Of a stretch of 64,000 nt of DNA, positions 20,936 through 32,358 are shown piece by piece. The notes under the pieces were generated by a model. The model was not told the DNA's origin. It saw only the letters and a list, made by a program, of their open reading frames with translations, and did no database searches. The DNA is from an uncultured Chthonomonadaceae bacterium. GTDB lineage: Bacteria; Armatimonadota; Chthonomonadetes; Chthonomonadales; Chthonomonadaceae. The translations under genes were made by a program, and so were the position numbers. Each line of letters begins with the position of its first letter. Position 1 is the first letter of the stretch. The stretch is taken from assembly GCA_963817895.1 (NCBI GenBank), contig CAWFQB010000003.1:32001-96000 (forward strand), written 5' to 3'.

Positions 20936-21220
20936 TCAAAGAGGAATACGCCCCTCTCCAAAGTCAACGCGATTGGCCTGTAAGTTGCGGACAAATTCTG
21001 CCGTTTCCTCTTCCGATTTGCGAATCTCTTCAGGGTCCTGTGTGGCATCCTCTGCGATCCACGATTGCAAAGTGGCGGCGAGATCATGGCGCTGCGGGGG
21101 AATTACATGGCTTCCAAACAAACGGGCGCGTACCAGCGTATTCACATCCACGCCCTGCGTTTGCGCCTGTCGCTGCAAAACAGTTTCTTCTTCCCGCGTA
21201 AGTTCCAATGTTAATGTCAT
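20936..21220 (-). CDS. Small antitoxin-like hypothetical protein
   Basis: GAGGAGGAG RBS; 'MTLTLELTREEETVLQRQAQTQGVDVNTLV' RHH-like N-terminus and acidic C-terminus. Confidence 0.6.
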   Translation of the reverse strand: MTLTLELTREEETVLQRQAQTQGVDVNTLVRARLFGSHVIPPQRHDLAATLQSWIAEDATQDPEEIRKSEEETAEFVRNLQANRVDFGEGRIPL

Positions 21221-21345
21221 GGCACTCCTCCTCGACAATTTTATTTCGTCCTGAACAGCAGAAAGGAAGCGCAATGGTATACGCTTCCCTGCATTATATC
21301 ACGAAGCCACTCTCTTGCCAATTGCGCGGCGGCAGGGTAGCGGAC

Positions 21346-24300
21346 TCACTGCGCCTGGAGGATCACCTGCCGATAGTCGTGCCGCTCTACCGATAGGTTC
21401 AGTCTGCCGGACGCGCTTGCGGCCAGCGGTTCCTGCGTTTCGGCATCGTACACTCGCCACTGCGCCACGTTGGGCAATCCCAGCCGTTTCGCGTCTATCT
21501 GAATGGAAGCGGTCGTTTTCTCTCCCGTATTGACGACCGCAAGCAGCAGCTTACCGGGGCGGGCTGCCGTTGCCGGATTCAGCCAGCCGGCAAGATAAAC
21601 CTGCTTTGTTTCGCTTTTTAGCCCGCTGTCTTTTTCCCACCCGGCGAGAAAGCGAACGTCGGGAGCCGTGATGCCGAAGCGTTCGCGTCCCTGCCACACC
21701 TCCGGGTTCAGGCCATTGGCGTTGGCCGACGCGAGAGTATCTTGCAGCAGCAGCATGCCCGTATAGGCGCGCATCGCCTTTTTCAGCTTCTGCGGTTCCC
21801 ACGCGCCCTGATACTCCTGCAAGAAGTTGACCGCCACGCCCCAGGTCGCCGGATCGTCCACGCGCAGCCGTTCCCCCGTCCAGAAATCCATGAAATCTTT
21901 GTTCATTTCAGGATAAATGACGTGATGTTCGCCGTCCAGGGCGATGTCCGCCGCGCCGATCCAGGGCGCGATCATGTGGTTCGTGATGTGCAGGACGAAT
22001 TTGTCCTGCTTGCCCTGCTCGGCAAGCGCGGCCCGCAGGCGCAGCAGATAGCGGCGCGTGTCGAACATCTGGTAGGCGGGCTGAACGCGCCCGTCCGGCA
22101 GGCGATAGCCCCGGCCCGCTTCCAGGTTGTCGTCTGCAATGGGGTACACGTTGTCCAGATAAAAGCCGTCTATGCCGCAGTCGCGCGCCCACTGTCCGAC
22201 GTGGTAGACCATATAATCCGCCAGCGTTTTGCCATAGGAAAGCCCCCGGCTGACGCGCGTGCGCCACTCCTCCCCGAAATAGCCCATCTCCGGCGCGAAC
22301 TGTTCGCCCATGTTGATATGCTCGAAATAGGGAACGGCATTGGCGCGGTAGGCGGGGCTGGCCGCGCCCAGTATTGAACTCGCTTCTTTGTGACGCGCCT
22401 GAACCATCTCCCGGCTCTTCACGGGATCGAGCGGAAAGGGAATGGAACTGAAGATCAGCCCCATATTGCCCGCTTTGCCTTTCGATTCCACCTGCGCCCA
22501 GTCCTTGAAGGTATCGCTCGTTCCCCACGTATCCATGCGCCAGCCCGGAAAGAGGGGGCGGGTCGGAGTCGCCTGAAACGCGAATACGAGAGAACGCGGC
22601 CGCGTCAGCGTCGTTGGCGCGCTGATAAAGTTCAGGACGAGATCGGCGCTGCGGGCGGAGTTGCGGCGTACCTCAATGGCGGGAACCCGGTTATTCGGCT
22701 CCCAACCCGCGTCGCTGTCCGCGAACCAGCATAGTCCCGCGCCGGGATTTCCCATCCAGACGTAGGGCAGGAACGAGCCGACTTGCATCGGCTGCCCGTC
22801 CACCGAATGGGAATCCCACAGGCGCCCCTGCTTTGCTTGCGGCAGGAACCGGTAATCGAAGCCGTAGCGGATGCCTTCGCCACAAGCATGGAGATAATCG
22901 GCAATGTCGTTGCGGAGGGGCGCGACCAGCCGCAGGGAACGAATTGCCGTCGCCTGTCCGGGAGTGAGCCGCATCTCGATCTTCATCATGCCGTCGTACT
23001 CGACCGTGACCCGGCTTTGAACCGCGATGTTCCCCAGGCGGCTTTGAACTTCGACAACCGCGCGGTTCGGCTGTTGGGAAAGCGTCCGCAGGCGCATGTC
23101 CCGCGCCTGAATCGTCGTTCCGTCCGCCATCTGCGCGATGAGCGTCATGGGCCGCGCGAGAAGGTCCCGCCCCTGCGCGCGAATTCGCGTCGGCAGTCCC
23201 GCTTCCCCAACCGTCATTTCGCGTCCCCACACACTGAAGCGTCCTTTCGCATACTGTACGGGCGTCCAGGGCGCAAGGACTTTATCGGCATTGCCCACAG
23301 CGGTATTCCACCAGGGGAACGTTTGGGCGGGGTCTTTTTGCTCGAAGTCGGTTTTGCGCGTCAGCAGGGCGCGCCCGCTTTTGTCATAAGCGATCAGTTC
23401 CGCCGAGTACAGGCCGGGTGACAGGTGGGGGAGAGGCAGAACGTCCTGCGCGTAGTTCAGCGCGTCCAGGCGGACGGCTTTGCGGGCAAGGACGCGCTGT
23501 TTGCTGTCGCGCGCCGTCACCTCGCAGCGCGCGATGGCGGCGCGGGCATCGTAGTTGATAAAGTCGCCAGATACGCGCAGATAGTCTCGCGCCGGATTCA
23601 GGGTGATCGAAAGCGCAACCTGATTGCCTGTATCGTGAAGCGGCTGCGCCAGCGCTTCCAGCCCGCCCCATTCGCGCTTCGCGCTCCAATCCAGATAAAC
23701 CGTTTTGCCGTCCGGGGCAAACACCTGTATGCGAAACGCGCCCGCGCCCTCTCGATCCAGAGCAGGGTTGGGTAGCCCAAACGCCAGTTTTCCGGGCCGC
23801 GTATCCAGCGTACCCTCCTGGCGAACGCTGCCGTCGCTTTCAAAGCGCCACCGCAACGTTTGCGCTTTCTGCCCACTCTGCGCGAAGGCGGCCAACGTCA
23901 GCCCGAAGGTTCGCTTCGTGGGATCGCCGACCGAAAGCAGGTGAATTGCGGGCGCGTTTTTGGAAAGAGTATAGCGCGCGTAGGTTTCGCGCACGGAGAA
24001 ACTGCCGCTTCCCGCCAGCGTCACCTGATCCCAGGGACGCTTGAAGTTGCGCGCCAGCAGCCCTGAAAAGACGAAGCCATCGCGGAACGGCGTGTCTTTG
24101 TACAGGCTTCGGCGCGGTATCGCCAGTTCCATTTCCCAGAACTTGCCATCCGGCGTCAGTCGGTTCCGCGGCTTCCATCCCGCTGTCCAGGAGAGGCGCG
24201 AGTTGCCCACCGCCGGTTCCTGCATCACGTCCCAGCGCGCCCCCGCGAAATTGGAAAGGTACTGGAAAAAGACAGGCTGCCCGTCCGCGCTGCGCGTTCC

Positions 24301-24729
24301 CACATCCAGCCAGATTTCATAGGAGTCGTCGAATACGGCGTTTACATCGTGGTCGCGTTCGCGCAATGCCTGTATTAGCCGTTCGCCCGTTCGCAGAGGG
24401 GATCGCATCGCCACATACAGATTATCCTCATCCCACATCAGCCAAAAGCGGGCTTGTCGCGCGCTGACGGCCTTCGTGGTCGTTTGCAGCGCGTTCAGGC
24501 TGACCGCGCCCTGCCACTCCTCATCGTGAAGGATGCCATCCAGCGTGGGTTTCTTCCAGGCGTAGGGAATCACAATAGCAGGCGCTTTATAGTCCTGCTG
24601 AACCCCCTGCGCGTTTGCCAGTCGAAACGGCGCAATCATGCAAAGCAACAGGCCGATCACGAAGAGTTGTCCGACATTCCGTGAGGAGCGTGAACAGAAT
24701 CCGGCTTGATGTGTGAGGATATTCTTCAT
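21346..24729 (-). CDS. Large secreted glycoside-hydrolase-like protein (CBM9-like N-terminus, DUF6067-like C-terminal part)
   Basis: Signal peptide; 'PTLDGILHDEEW...WDEDNLYVA' sugar-binding motif; 'GLCWFADSDAGW', 'FAFQATP', 'IDGFYLDN'. Confidence 0.6.
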   Translation of the reverse strand: MKNILTHQAGFCSRSSRNVGQLFVIGLLLCMIAPFRLANAQGVQQDYKAPAIVIPYAWKKPTLDGILHDEEWQGAVSLNALQTTTKAVSARQARFWLMWDEDNLYVAMRSPLRTGERLIQALRERDHDVNAVFDDSYEIWLDVGTRSADGQPVFFQYLSNFAGARWDVMQEPAVGNSRLSWTAGWKPRNRLTPDGKFWEMELAIPRRSLYKDTPFRDGFVFSGLLARNFKRPWDQVTLAGSGSFSVRETYARYTLSKNAPAIHLLSVGDPTKRTFGLTLAAFAQSGQKAQTLRWRFESDGSVRQEGTLDTRPGKLAFGLPNPALDREGAGAFRIQVFAPDGKTVYLDWSAKREWGGLEALAQPLHDTGNQVALSITLNPARDYLRVSGDFINYDARAAIARCEVTARDSKQRVLARKAVRLDALNYAQDVLPLPHLSPGLYSAELIAYDKSGRALLTRKTDFEQKDPAQTFPWWNTAVGNADKVLAPWTPVQYAKGRFSVWGREMTVGEAGLPTRIRAQGRDLLARPMTLIAQMADGTTIQARDMRLRTLSQQPNRAVVEVQSRLGNIAVQSRVTVEYDGMMKIEMRLTPGQATAIRSLRLVAPLRNDIADYLHACGEGIRYGFDYRFLPQAKQGRLWDSHSVDGQPMQVGSFLPYVWMGNPGAGLCWFADSDAGWEPNNRVPAIEVRRNSARSADLVLNFISAPTTLTRPRSLVFAFQATPTRPLFPGWRMDTWGTSDTFKDWAQVESKGKAGNMGLIFSSIPFPLDPVKSREMVQARHKEASSILGAASPAYRANAVPYFEHINMGEQFAPEMGYFGEEWRTRVSRGLSYGKTLADYMVYHVGQWARDCGIDGFYLDNVYPIADDNLEAGRGYRLPDGRVQPAYQMFDTRRYLLRLRAALAEQGKQDKFVLHITNHMIAPWIGAADIALDGEHHVIYPEMNKDFMDFWTGERLRVDDPATWGVAVNFLQEYQGAWEPQKLKKAMRAYTGMLLLQDTLASANANGLNPEVWQGRERFGITAPDVRFLAGWEKDSGLKSETKQVYLAGWLNPATAARPGKLLLAVVNTGEKTTASIQIDAKRLGLPNVAQWRVYDAETQEPLAASASGRLNLSVERHDYRQVILQAQ

Positions 24730-24730
24730 C

Positions 24731-27634
24731 TCACTCCTCCGCTCCCTGATCCTGGTCGCCGAAATTGTCGTCCCCTTCACTGGGACGGCGGACGCGCCTG
24801 TCGCCTGTTTGCGGCTGTTCGCGATCCAGTTGGAGAATGTCCACGCTGCTCTGGCTGTCGCCCAGCAGATACCGGCAGAAGTAGTCGGCGCGCAGCCAGA
24901 AGCAGTATTCGCTCATGTCGCCGTACCCGTGACGCTGCCCCGGAAACTGGAAGGTGTCGAACCGCTTATTGGCGCGTATCAGCGCGTTGGCAAGGCGGAT
25001 CGTGTTGGCGGGATGCACGTTGTCGTCAATGTCGCCCGTGACGAGCATCAGATGCCCCTTCAGGTTTTTCGCGATGTCGGAGTTCTTCTCGATGTCGTAG
25101 GAGAAGGTAATTTTGCCGTCTTTCGTCGGTGTTCTCTTTGACCCCGTGATGCGATTCGCTCCACCAGCGGTTGTAGATGTTGTTTTCGTGGTTGCCCGAT
25201 TCTGAAAAAGCCACCTTGTAAAAGTCCGGGTAGACCAGCATCGCCGCCGCCGACATGAACCCGCCGCCCGGAATGGCCGTAGATGCCGACCCGATCCGTA
25301 TCAATCCACGGGTATTTCAGGGCGAGTTCTTCGACCGCCCGCTTTTTGTCGGCCAGGCCGTAGTCGCGCAGGTTGCCGTAGCCGAAGTTGTGGTACCACT
25401 TGGAGCGCTGCGGACTGCCGCCCCGGTTGCCGACCTCGATCACGATAAAGCCCATCTGCGCCAGCGTCACATTGCCGTTGCGCGGCGAGAAGCTTTTGGA
25501 GACGGCTTCGGTCTGCGGGCCGGGGTAGACGTATTCGATGATCGGATAGCGTTTGTTGGGATCGAAATCGAAGGGCTTGTACATCACGCCGTACAGGTCG
25601 GTGATGCCGTCGTCGGCTTTTACTTTGAACGGTTCGGGGAACTTGAAGCCGTTGTCCATCAGCGCGCTGACATCGGTGGTCTCCAGATCCGCCAGAACCG
25701 CGCCGTTCGCGTCGCGCAGTTCGGAATGGGGCGCGGCGTTGACGCGGCTGCTGTTGTCCACGAAGTAGCGGGCGTCGTCGCTCATGGCGGGAGTATGGTC
25801 GGCGTCGCCGGCGTCGATGAGTTTCATGTCCCGTCCATCCAGGCGGACGCGGTAGAGGTGCGTGAAATAGGGATCTTCGCCCGGTTCGCGCCCGCAGGCG
25901 TTGACGTACAGCATCCGGTTTTTGGCGTCTATCCCGGCAATCCCCTCGCAGGTGAACTCGCCGGACGTGACCTGATTTTCCAGCTTGCCCTCGGCGTCGT
26001 ACAGGTAGTAGTGGCCCCATCCGTCGCGCTCGGACCAGAACAGTATCTCCTTGCCCCCATTGGCGAGTCGCAGCGGCCTGGTGTCAATGTAGGTGTTCAG
26101 GCGCTCCTCGATCAGGGTTTTGACATCGCCGGTTTTGGTATCGGCGACGCAGACATCCAGCTTGTGCCGATCCCGACTCGCTCGGGTGAAGTATAGTTTG
26201 TCCGGCGTGTCGCTCAGCCACTTCTCGACCACTTTATCCTGTTCGCGCTCGACGAGACAGAATACGATCCGGGGCGATGTCCAGCGTCTGATCCTTGAAT
26301 TTATCGGCTTTCACCTTGACGGCGGCGCGGGCGGCTACGTCGAAAATCAGGATTTCGGCTTGCGGCTGGTTCTCCTCTCCGGGCATGCCGTAGCGATAGG
26401 TTTCCAGCGTGGGGCGGGGCAGAGACAGCGAATTGATTACCCACAGGTCGGCCACCTTGCGCTCGTCCTCGCGTTCTACAGCGAATTTCTTCGAATCTTT
26501 GGACCAGGTTATGCCGATTGCGGGAACGCGATAGTCTGTTCGCTCTTTTTCCTGCGTCTGGAACGTCTTTTTAACTTCGTCTTTGAGCGTCCGGGCGTAG
26601 CTGTAATGCTCCTCGCCGTCACGTGGTAAGCTGCGTCTCTTTGATGGCTTTATCATCGGCCTTCTTTTGCGCCAGAGCGTAGTTGGCCGCGTCCATCATA
26701 AACAGATTGTGGCCGCGCGCGAAGACGAACGGTTTTTTCATCCGGCGACACGCTGGCCCACAGCATCTTTTTCGGCGGGGCTTTGTAAGTCCGGCAGAAG
26801 CGTGACCTGTTCGGTCTTCAAATCGTATTCGAAGAACAGCGTTTTGGTGAGCGAAGCGGCTTCACCTGTAACGGCGGCCTGTGTCGTCTGCCCCTCTTTG
26901 TTGTCCTGCTTGTTCTTGTCCCCGTCCGTTTTCTGTCCGCCTGTGGTTTTGCCGACGGTCTGCGTATCGGTCTTTGTGGTTCCTTTGGTGTCACTCTTCG
27001 TATCGGTCTGTTTATCTGTTTTGCCCTGCTGCTTGTCCGTTTGTTTGTCCGTTTGCTGCTGCTCCAACTGCTTATCGGTTCGCTGTTCCGTTCTATCTTT
27101 CTGCGCGCCGTTCTGCTGTTGTTTGTCGGTCTGCTTTGCTTTGTTCTTGTCCTGCATATCGTCCGACTTGACGGAATTGTCGCCGATCTCCTGCACGGTT
27201 TTAAACTGGTCGCCCACGCGCACGGTGGCGTCTTTGGAAAAATCAATCTCAAACCGAATCGCGGTATCCTGCTTGATAAATTTCAGCGTTCGTATGGGGA
27301 GATGCTGCGCGTCGTAGGGAGTGAGGGTGATACGCGTGAGCATCGCCGCCATGCGGGCGCTATCGAAGAGGGGTTTTTTGGTTTTGGCGCGGCAATCCAC
27401 CAGCCAGTAGCGGCGTCCCTGCCGGGTTTCGTAGGTGTACCAGAAACGTTCGCCGGTTTCCAGCCAGTGCGGCGCGACACCGGTATCAAAAGTTAGTCGG
27501 GCCGCTTTCGCAGCCGTCCATTTGGAGGCCAGATCATAATTAGCCTTGTGAACAGGCGTTGTTTCGGCCCGTAAAGAGGTAGGCACAAGGGTGGATATTG
27601 CCAGCAGAAGACAGACAGACAAGCGTAATTTCAT
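24731..27634 (-). CDS. Dipeptidyl-peptidase IV-like S9B peptidase (several frameshifts)
   Basis: Signal peptide, SERDGWGHYYLY, KADDGITDLYGVMYKPFDFD, YVYPGPQ, GIYGHSGGGF (nucleophile), GDIDDNVHP, GQRHGYG across at least five ORF fragments. Confidence 0.88.
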
Positions 27635-27823
27635 GAAATACGAACTCCTTATTCAAATTGCTGCTTACTGACGCCGGCCTGAATCCCTGAAATTTTCGCT
27701 GCTGGTTGAGATGGGAAAACACCACAGAAACTTTAGTGTTTATGCCGACGCCAATAAGAGTATACCCCTTCCCATCTTGCGTCCGCCGATTCTGGCGCCT
27801 GAATGGGTGGGGTACTCTATTTG

Positions 27824-28753
27824 TCACCGGACACGAATGTAGGGCTGCATTTTTGCGAACTTCTTTTCGCCGATGCCGGAAATTTGCAGCATGTCTTCGG
27901 GGGCGGTGAATTTGCCGTTGGTTTTGCGGAATTCGAGGATGCGTTCGGCCATCGCGGGGCCGATGCCGGGGATGCGCTGGAGTTCTTCCGCACTGGCCGT
28001 GTTGATGTTGACGGTTCCCTGCGCGGGATCGGTGAATTTGCCGCCCTTGCCGCCCTTCGCGCCGGCTGCGGATTTCGCCGTTGCGTGGCCGGCCGTTTTC
28101 GCGTTCGGCTTGCCGGCCGCTTTTGTGGAGGGGGAAGTTACCGAAGAGATGGGCGCGGCGTCTGCCGTTGTGGTGGGCGCGTCGGCTCCGCCTTCGGGAT
28201 GCTGTTTGCGCGTGGGCAGGTACAGTTGGCTGCCGTCTTCGATGCGCGAGGCGAGATTGATGCCGTCCGTATTCGCCTGAGATGTCGGGCCACCCGCTTT
28301 TTGAATGGCGTCGTCGTTGCGCGACCCGGCAGGCAGATGGTACACGCCCGGATTCTTCACCGCGCCCGCCACATGGACGACAATCTCATTGACCGTATTG
28401 GCGGGAACGGAAGGGGAGGTGGCAGTCCCACTCTCAGCCGCAAAGGAGGAAGCAACTCCCGCGCCTGAAACAGATGTGGGCGGCGCAATCCGGGCAGAAC
28501 CGGAAGCCTGCGAAGCCGCGCCGGGAACAGCATTGGCAGGCGAAGAGGGTGTTGCCGGAACAGGCGGAACGGGAACGCCGCCCAAACGACCGGGCGGCAA
28601 ACCACCCGGCGGCTGCGCGAAGGCTTCATGCAGCGTGATGCCAGGTTCGGACGTGGCGCGCCATGTTTTGGCAATTAATCCAATCAGAGCCAGACCGAAC
28701 ACAACAGCAAGGGCAACGATGGCCGCCGTTACTTTGCGCGACGTTTGCAGCAT
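27824..28753 (-). CDS. comEA: Competence DNA-binding protein ComEA (SLBB + helix-hairpin-helix)
   Basis: N-terminal TM, VVHVAGAVKNPGVY, INLASRIEDG, VNINTASAEELQRIPGIGPAMA, ISGIGEK. Confidence 0.92.
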   Translation of the reverse strand: MLQTSRKVTAAIVALAVVFGLALIGLIAKTWRATSEPGITLHEAFAQPPGGLPPGRLGGVPVPPVPATPSSPANAVPGAASQASGSARIAPPTSVSGAGVASSFAAESGTATSPSVPANTVNEIVVHVAGAVKNPGVYHLPAGSRNDDAIQKAGGPTSQANTDGINLASRIEDGSQLYLPTRKQHPEGGADAPTTTADAAPISSVTSPSTKAAGKPNAKTAGHATAKSAAGAKGGKGGKFTDPAQGTVNINTASAEELQRIPGIGPAMAERILEFRKTNGKFTAPEDMLQISGIGEKKFAKMQPYIRVR

Positions 28754-29035
28754 GGCACAGGGTTCTCCGTTTGGCAGTCAGATGCAAGGAAGACAGCAGG
28801 CGAACAAAAATCCGGATGGAAACGAACGCGCTAAACAGTCGCTTCCAGAACCGTTCGCCATGTATTCATTTAGGCTTCCCCGGCGAGGATTCCTGCATTG
28901 TATGCCATTTTTAGCCCTATCGCGGAAGGAGATAGCCGAATTTCTGTTGAATCACCTGACAAGATCGTCGGATAGTCGCTTTTCTACAATTGAGCGCAAT
29001 CTGAAACAAAGCGTATCTATGGAGAGGAACTATTG

Positions 29036-31181
29036 ATGAGAGTGTTCAAATGGATACCGGTCACCTTGTTCGGAGCGCTGCTCCTGTCGGCGCGGACGGG
29101 CTTCGTCCTCCAGCCCGCTGCAGCGCGGCAACAGCCGCAGAAAGGGCAGCCGCTGGAGAGCCAGACCGAATGGCCCGGCTATGGCGGCGGACCTGACGGA
29201 ATTCGGTATTCGAGCCTCTACACAGATAGACCGCTCGAACGTCAGCCAACTGCAGGTCGCATGGACCTATGATTCCGGCGAGGGGCCGGGCGGCACGCAG
29301 ACGCAGCCGCTTGTCGCCGGCGGCGTGCTCTATGCCGTGACGCCGCACCACAACGTGGTGGCGCTGGACGCCGCAACGGGAAAGCAGATCTGGCGATTCG
29401 ATTCCGGCATCATCGGGCGCGGGCCGAATCGCGGCGTCGCCTACTGGACCGAGGGCGGCGAGCGGCGCATTTTTGCGGCCGTCACAGCACTTCGTCTATG
29501 CGCTGGATGCCGCGACCGGCAAGCCGATCCCAGACTTCGGCACGAATGGCAGGATCGATCTGCGCGAGGACGTTGGACGCGATCCGGCAAAACAGTCCAT
29601 CATCCTGACAACTCCGGGGGTCATCTATAAGGACCTGTTGATCGTCGGGGGCCGGGTGTCCGAGGGGCTGCCGTGTACTCCCGGCGATATCCGCGCCTAC
29701 GACGTCCGCACGGGCAAGATGCGCTGGGCGTTCCACACGATTCCGCATCCGGGCGAGTTCGGATACAAAACGTGGCCGAAATTCGCCTGGAAGGTCTCCG
29801 GTTCGGCCAACAACTGGGCGGGAATGACCGTGGATGCCGCGCGGGGAATGGTGTTCGTGCCGACCGGATCGGCGGCCAGCGACTTCTACGGGGCGGATCG
29901 GGTGGGCGACGACCTCTTTGCCAACACCATGCTGGCGCTCGATGCGAATACGGGGAAGCGTATCTGGCATTTCCAGGCGGTCAAGCACGACATCTGGGAC
30001 CGCGATTTTCCGGCGCCGCCCGCCCTCGTTCGCGTCAAACGCGGCCAGAAGTGGATCGACGCCGTGGCGCAGACCACCAAATCCGGGCATGTCTACCTCT
30101 TCGAGCGAGAACACGGAAAGCCGCTCTTCCCCATCAAATATCGCAAGTATGAGCCGAGCACCGTGCCCGGCGAAGTCGCGGCCAAAACCCAGCCGCTGCC
30201 CACGAAACCCGCCCCGTTTGCCCGCCAGGTGCTGACGGAAGACATGCTGACCAATCGGACGCCGGAGGCGCACCGCTGGGCTGTCGAGCGTTTCCGGACG
30301 TTCCACGGCGGCACGCCAGTTCGTGCCCTTTCGAGTCGGCCAGGAGACGATCATCTTCCCCGGCTTCGACGGCGGAGCGGAATGGGGCGGTCCCGGCATT
30401 CGACCCCGAAACGGGCCTCCTCTACGTGAACGCGAACGAGATGGCCTGGACTTCGAACCTGGCCAAGAACGAGACCGTCAAATCGGCGCGGCAGCTCTAC
30501 CTTCAAAACTGCGCCAACTGTCATGGCGATACCCTGGCCGGATCCCCGCCCCAGTTGCCGAAACTGCTGAACATGGGGCCGAAATGGGACGTGGCCGCGA
30601 TTTCCCGGATCACCCGCCAGGGCGCAGGCCGCATGCCCGGCTTCCCGAACCTTTCCGATGCGGAAGTAAAGGCGGTGTCGGAGTACGTTCTGAGCGGCGA
30701 GAGCAAACCCATCGAATCGGACGAGCCGGCAGCGGTCACACAGGATTATCGCTTTACCGGCTACCGCAAGTTTCTGGACCCCGACGGCTATCCGGCGATC
30801 GCGCCGCCATGGGGCACTCTCAATGCCATCAATCTGAATACCGGCGAATTCGCCTGGAAAATTCCGTTCGGCGAATATCCCGAACTGGCGGAGAAGGGCA
30901 TGAAGGATACGGGCAGCGAAAGCTACGGCGGGCCGGTTGTCACGGCGGGCGGGCTGGTCTTCATCGCCGCAACGAACTACGATCGCAAGTTTCGCGCGTT
31001 CGATAAGGCCACAGGCAAACTCCTCTGGGAGACCACGCTGCCGTTCTCAGCCAATGCCACTCCTGCGGTCTACTCGGCCGGGGGACGCCAGTTCGTCGTG
31101 GTCTGCGCGGAGGGAAGCAAAGGTCGCCCGAACGATCCGAAGGGCGGCAAGTACATAGCCTTCGCGTTACCTCAGCCGTAA
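29036..31181 (+). CDS. PQQ-dependent glucose/quinate-type dehydrogenase with internal cytochrome c domain (several frameshifts)
   Basis: [41 protein letters not shown] heme motif, [23 protein letters not shown]. Confidence 0.88.
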
Positions 31182-31202
31182 GGCTATGGAGCATGGCGTG
31201 TC

Positions 31203-31358
31203 GTTCTAGTACACTATTCAAGATAGAACGCTGTCGCAGGGGCGCTGCTTGCTGCGCCTTGCTATGAGGAGGTTTCAGCCTTGTTGAGGAGGGTTCAGCA
31301 AGCAGAACCCCTACAAATCACTCTTACGTTCTACCTTGACGGAGTATAATACTAGAAC
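31203..31358. repeat. Composite MITE-like element with an inner GTAG-type REP pair
   Basis: Inner arms GCAGGGGCGCTGCTTGCTGCGCC (from 31236) and AGGGTTCAGCAAGCAGAACCCCTAC (31290-31314); outer imperfect inverted repeats GTTCTAGT...TAGAACG. Confidence 0.7.
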
Positions 31359-31405
31359 AGGTATGCCTTACGTCACCAGAACAAAGCCTCTGCAACGCAA
31401 ACGCA

Positions 31406-32191
31406 TCAGGGATTGATAACGCCGCCGAAGGTTCGGATTTTGGGCGTTCGGATGCGCGGGGCGCGATATGTGGGCGCGCGGTAGCCGTTGTAGCCGTTTT
31501 GTCGGTTGTTGTTCTGATTGTTATTCCTGTTATTGCTGCTGTTGGGCGCGGAGGGATCGTAGGGCTTGCCGTCTATCGTTTCCTGCTGCGTCAAAACCTT
31601 CACGCTTTGCAGTTTCCAGACGTTCGCCGCAGACGTCCAGACTTCCTGTGACGTGACATTGAGCGCCATTTTGTGCGGCTTGTTTTGCGGGTCGTTGGCG
31701 GTTTCCGCGAAGTAGTGATGCAGGGTGGCCGTTGTTTTGCCGCCGTCTGCCTTCACGTCCGTAACCTGACTGGTGACTTTATCAATGGAAACGGCGTTGG
31801 CAAGCGTCAGCCGCTCGGTGGCTTCGATGTCGCCCCGCCCGTAGACTTTACCCTTCGCGTCCCGATACGTGAAATCCTGCGCGCGCAGAACCGCCAACAC
31901 GGATTCATCCCGTTTTTTGGTCGCCGCCACGCACCGATTATAAATTCCCTGCAATGTGTTCTTGAGTGGATTTTCTGTCGTACCGGTATTCGCGTTACCA
32001 GTATTCGCGTTACCAACCTTCGCGTTTTTGTTGTCTGCGGGCGGCAGGGTTTTGCTGCCGGTTTTGCCCGTGTTGTAAATGTCCGGGCTGCCGCTGCTGG
32101 ACGTATCCGAACCCTGTCCACTCGTTTGCGCCCACGCGCCCGCGCTTGTCGCCAATAATCCCAATATGAGAACCGTTCGCCACGTTTTCAT
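31406..32191 (-). CDS. Secreted hypothetical protein with NTF2-like (DUF4440-like) domain
   Basis: Signal peptide (AWA); 'RAQDFTYRDAKGKVYGR', 'SQEVWT...WKLQ'; low-complexity Asn-rich tail. Confidence 0.6.
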   Translation of the reverse strand: MKTWRTVLILGLLATSAGAWAQTSGQGSDTSSSGSPDIYNTGKTGSKTLPPADNKNAKVGNANTGNANTGTTENPLKNTLQGIYNRCVAATKKRDESVLAVLRAQDFTYRDAKGKVYGRGDIEATERLTLANAVSIDKVTSQVTDVKADGGKTTATLHHYFAETANDPQNKPHKMALNVTSQEVWTSAANVWKLQSVKVLTQQETIDGKPYDPSAPNSSNNRNNNQNNNRQNGYNGYRAPTYRAPRIRTPKIRTFGGVINP

Positions 32192-32259
32192 TTCGTTTCC
32201 TCCCTTACTGATTCCTGTGATTTTGACGTAAATATTTCGGCGAAAGTTCATCTGCCTAT

Positions 32260-32354
32260 TGTCGGAACCATGATTTTGAGGATTTCGAGATTACCATGAT
32301 AAGGACCGATTTAATCCTGATAATTCAATAATCCTGAAAATCATGGTTCCGACA
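32260..32354. repeat. MITE-like inverted repeat with ~9-nt internal periodicity
   Basis: TGTCGGAACCATGATTTT / AAAATCATGGTTCCGACA perfect 18 bp; internal AATCCTGA-type units. Confidence 0.75.
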
Positions 32355-32358
32355 GTAT

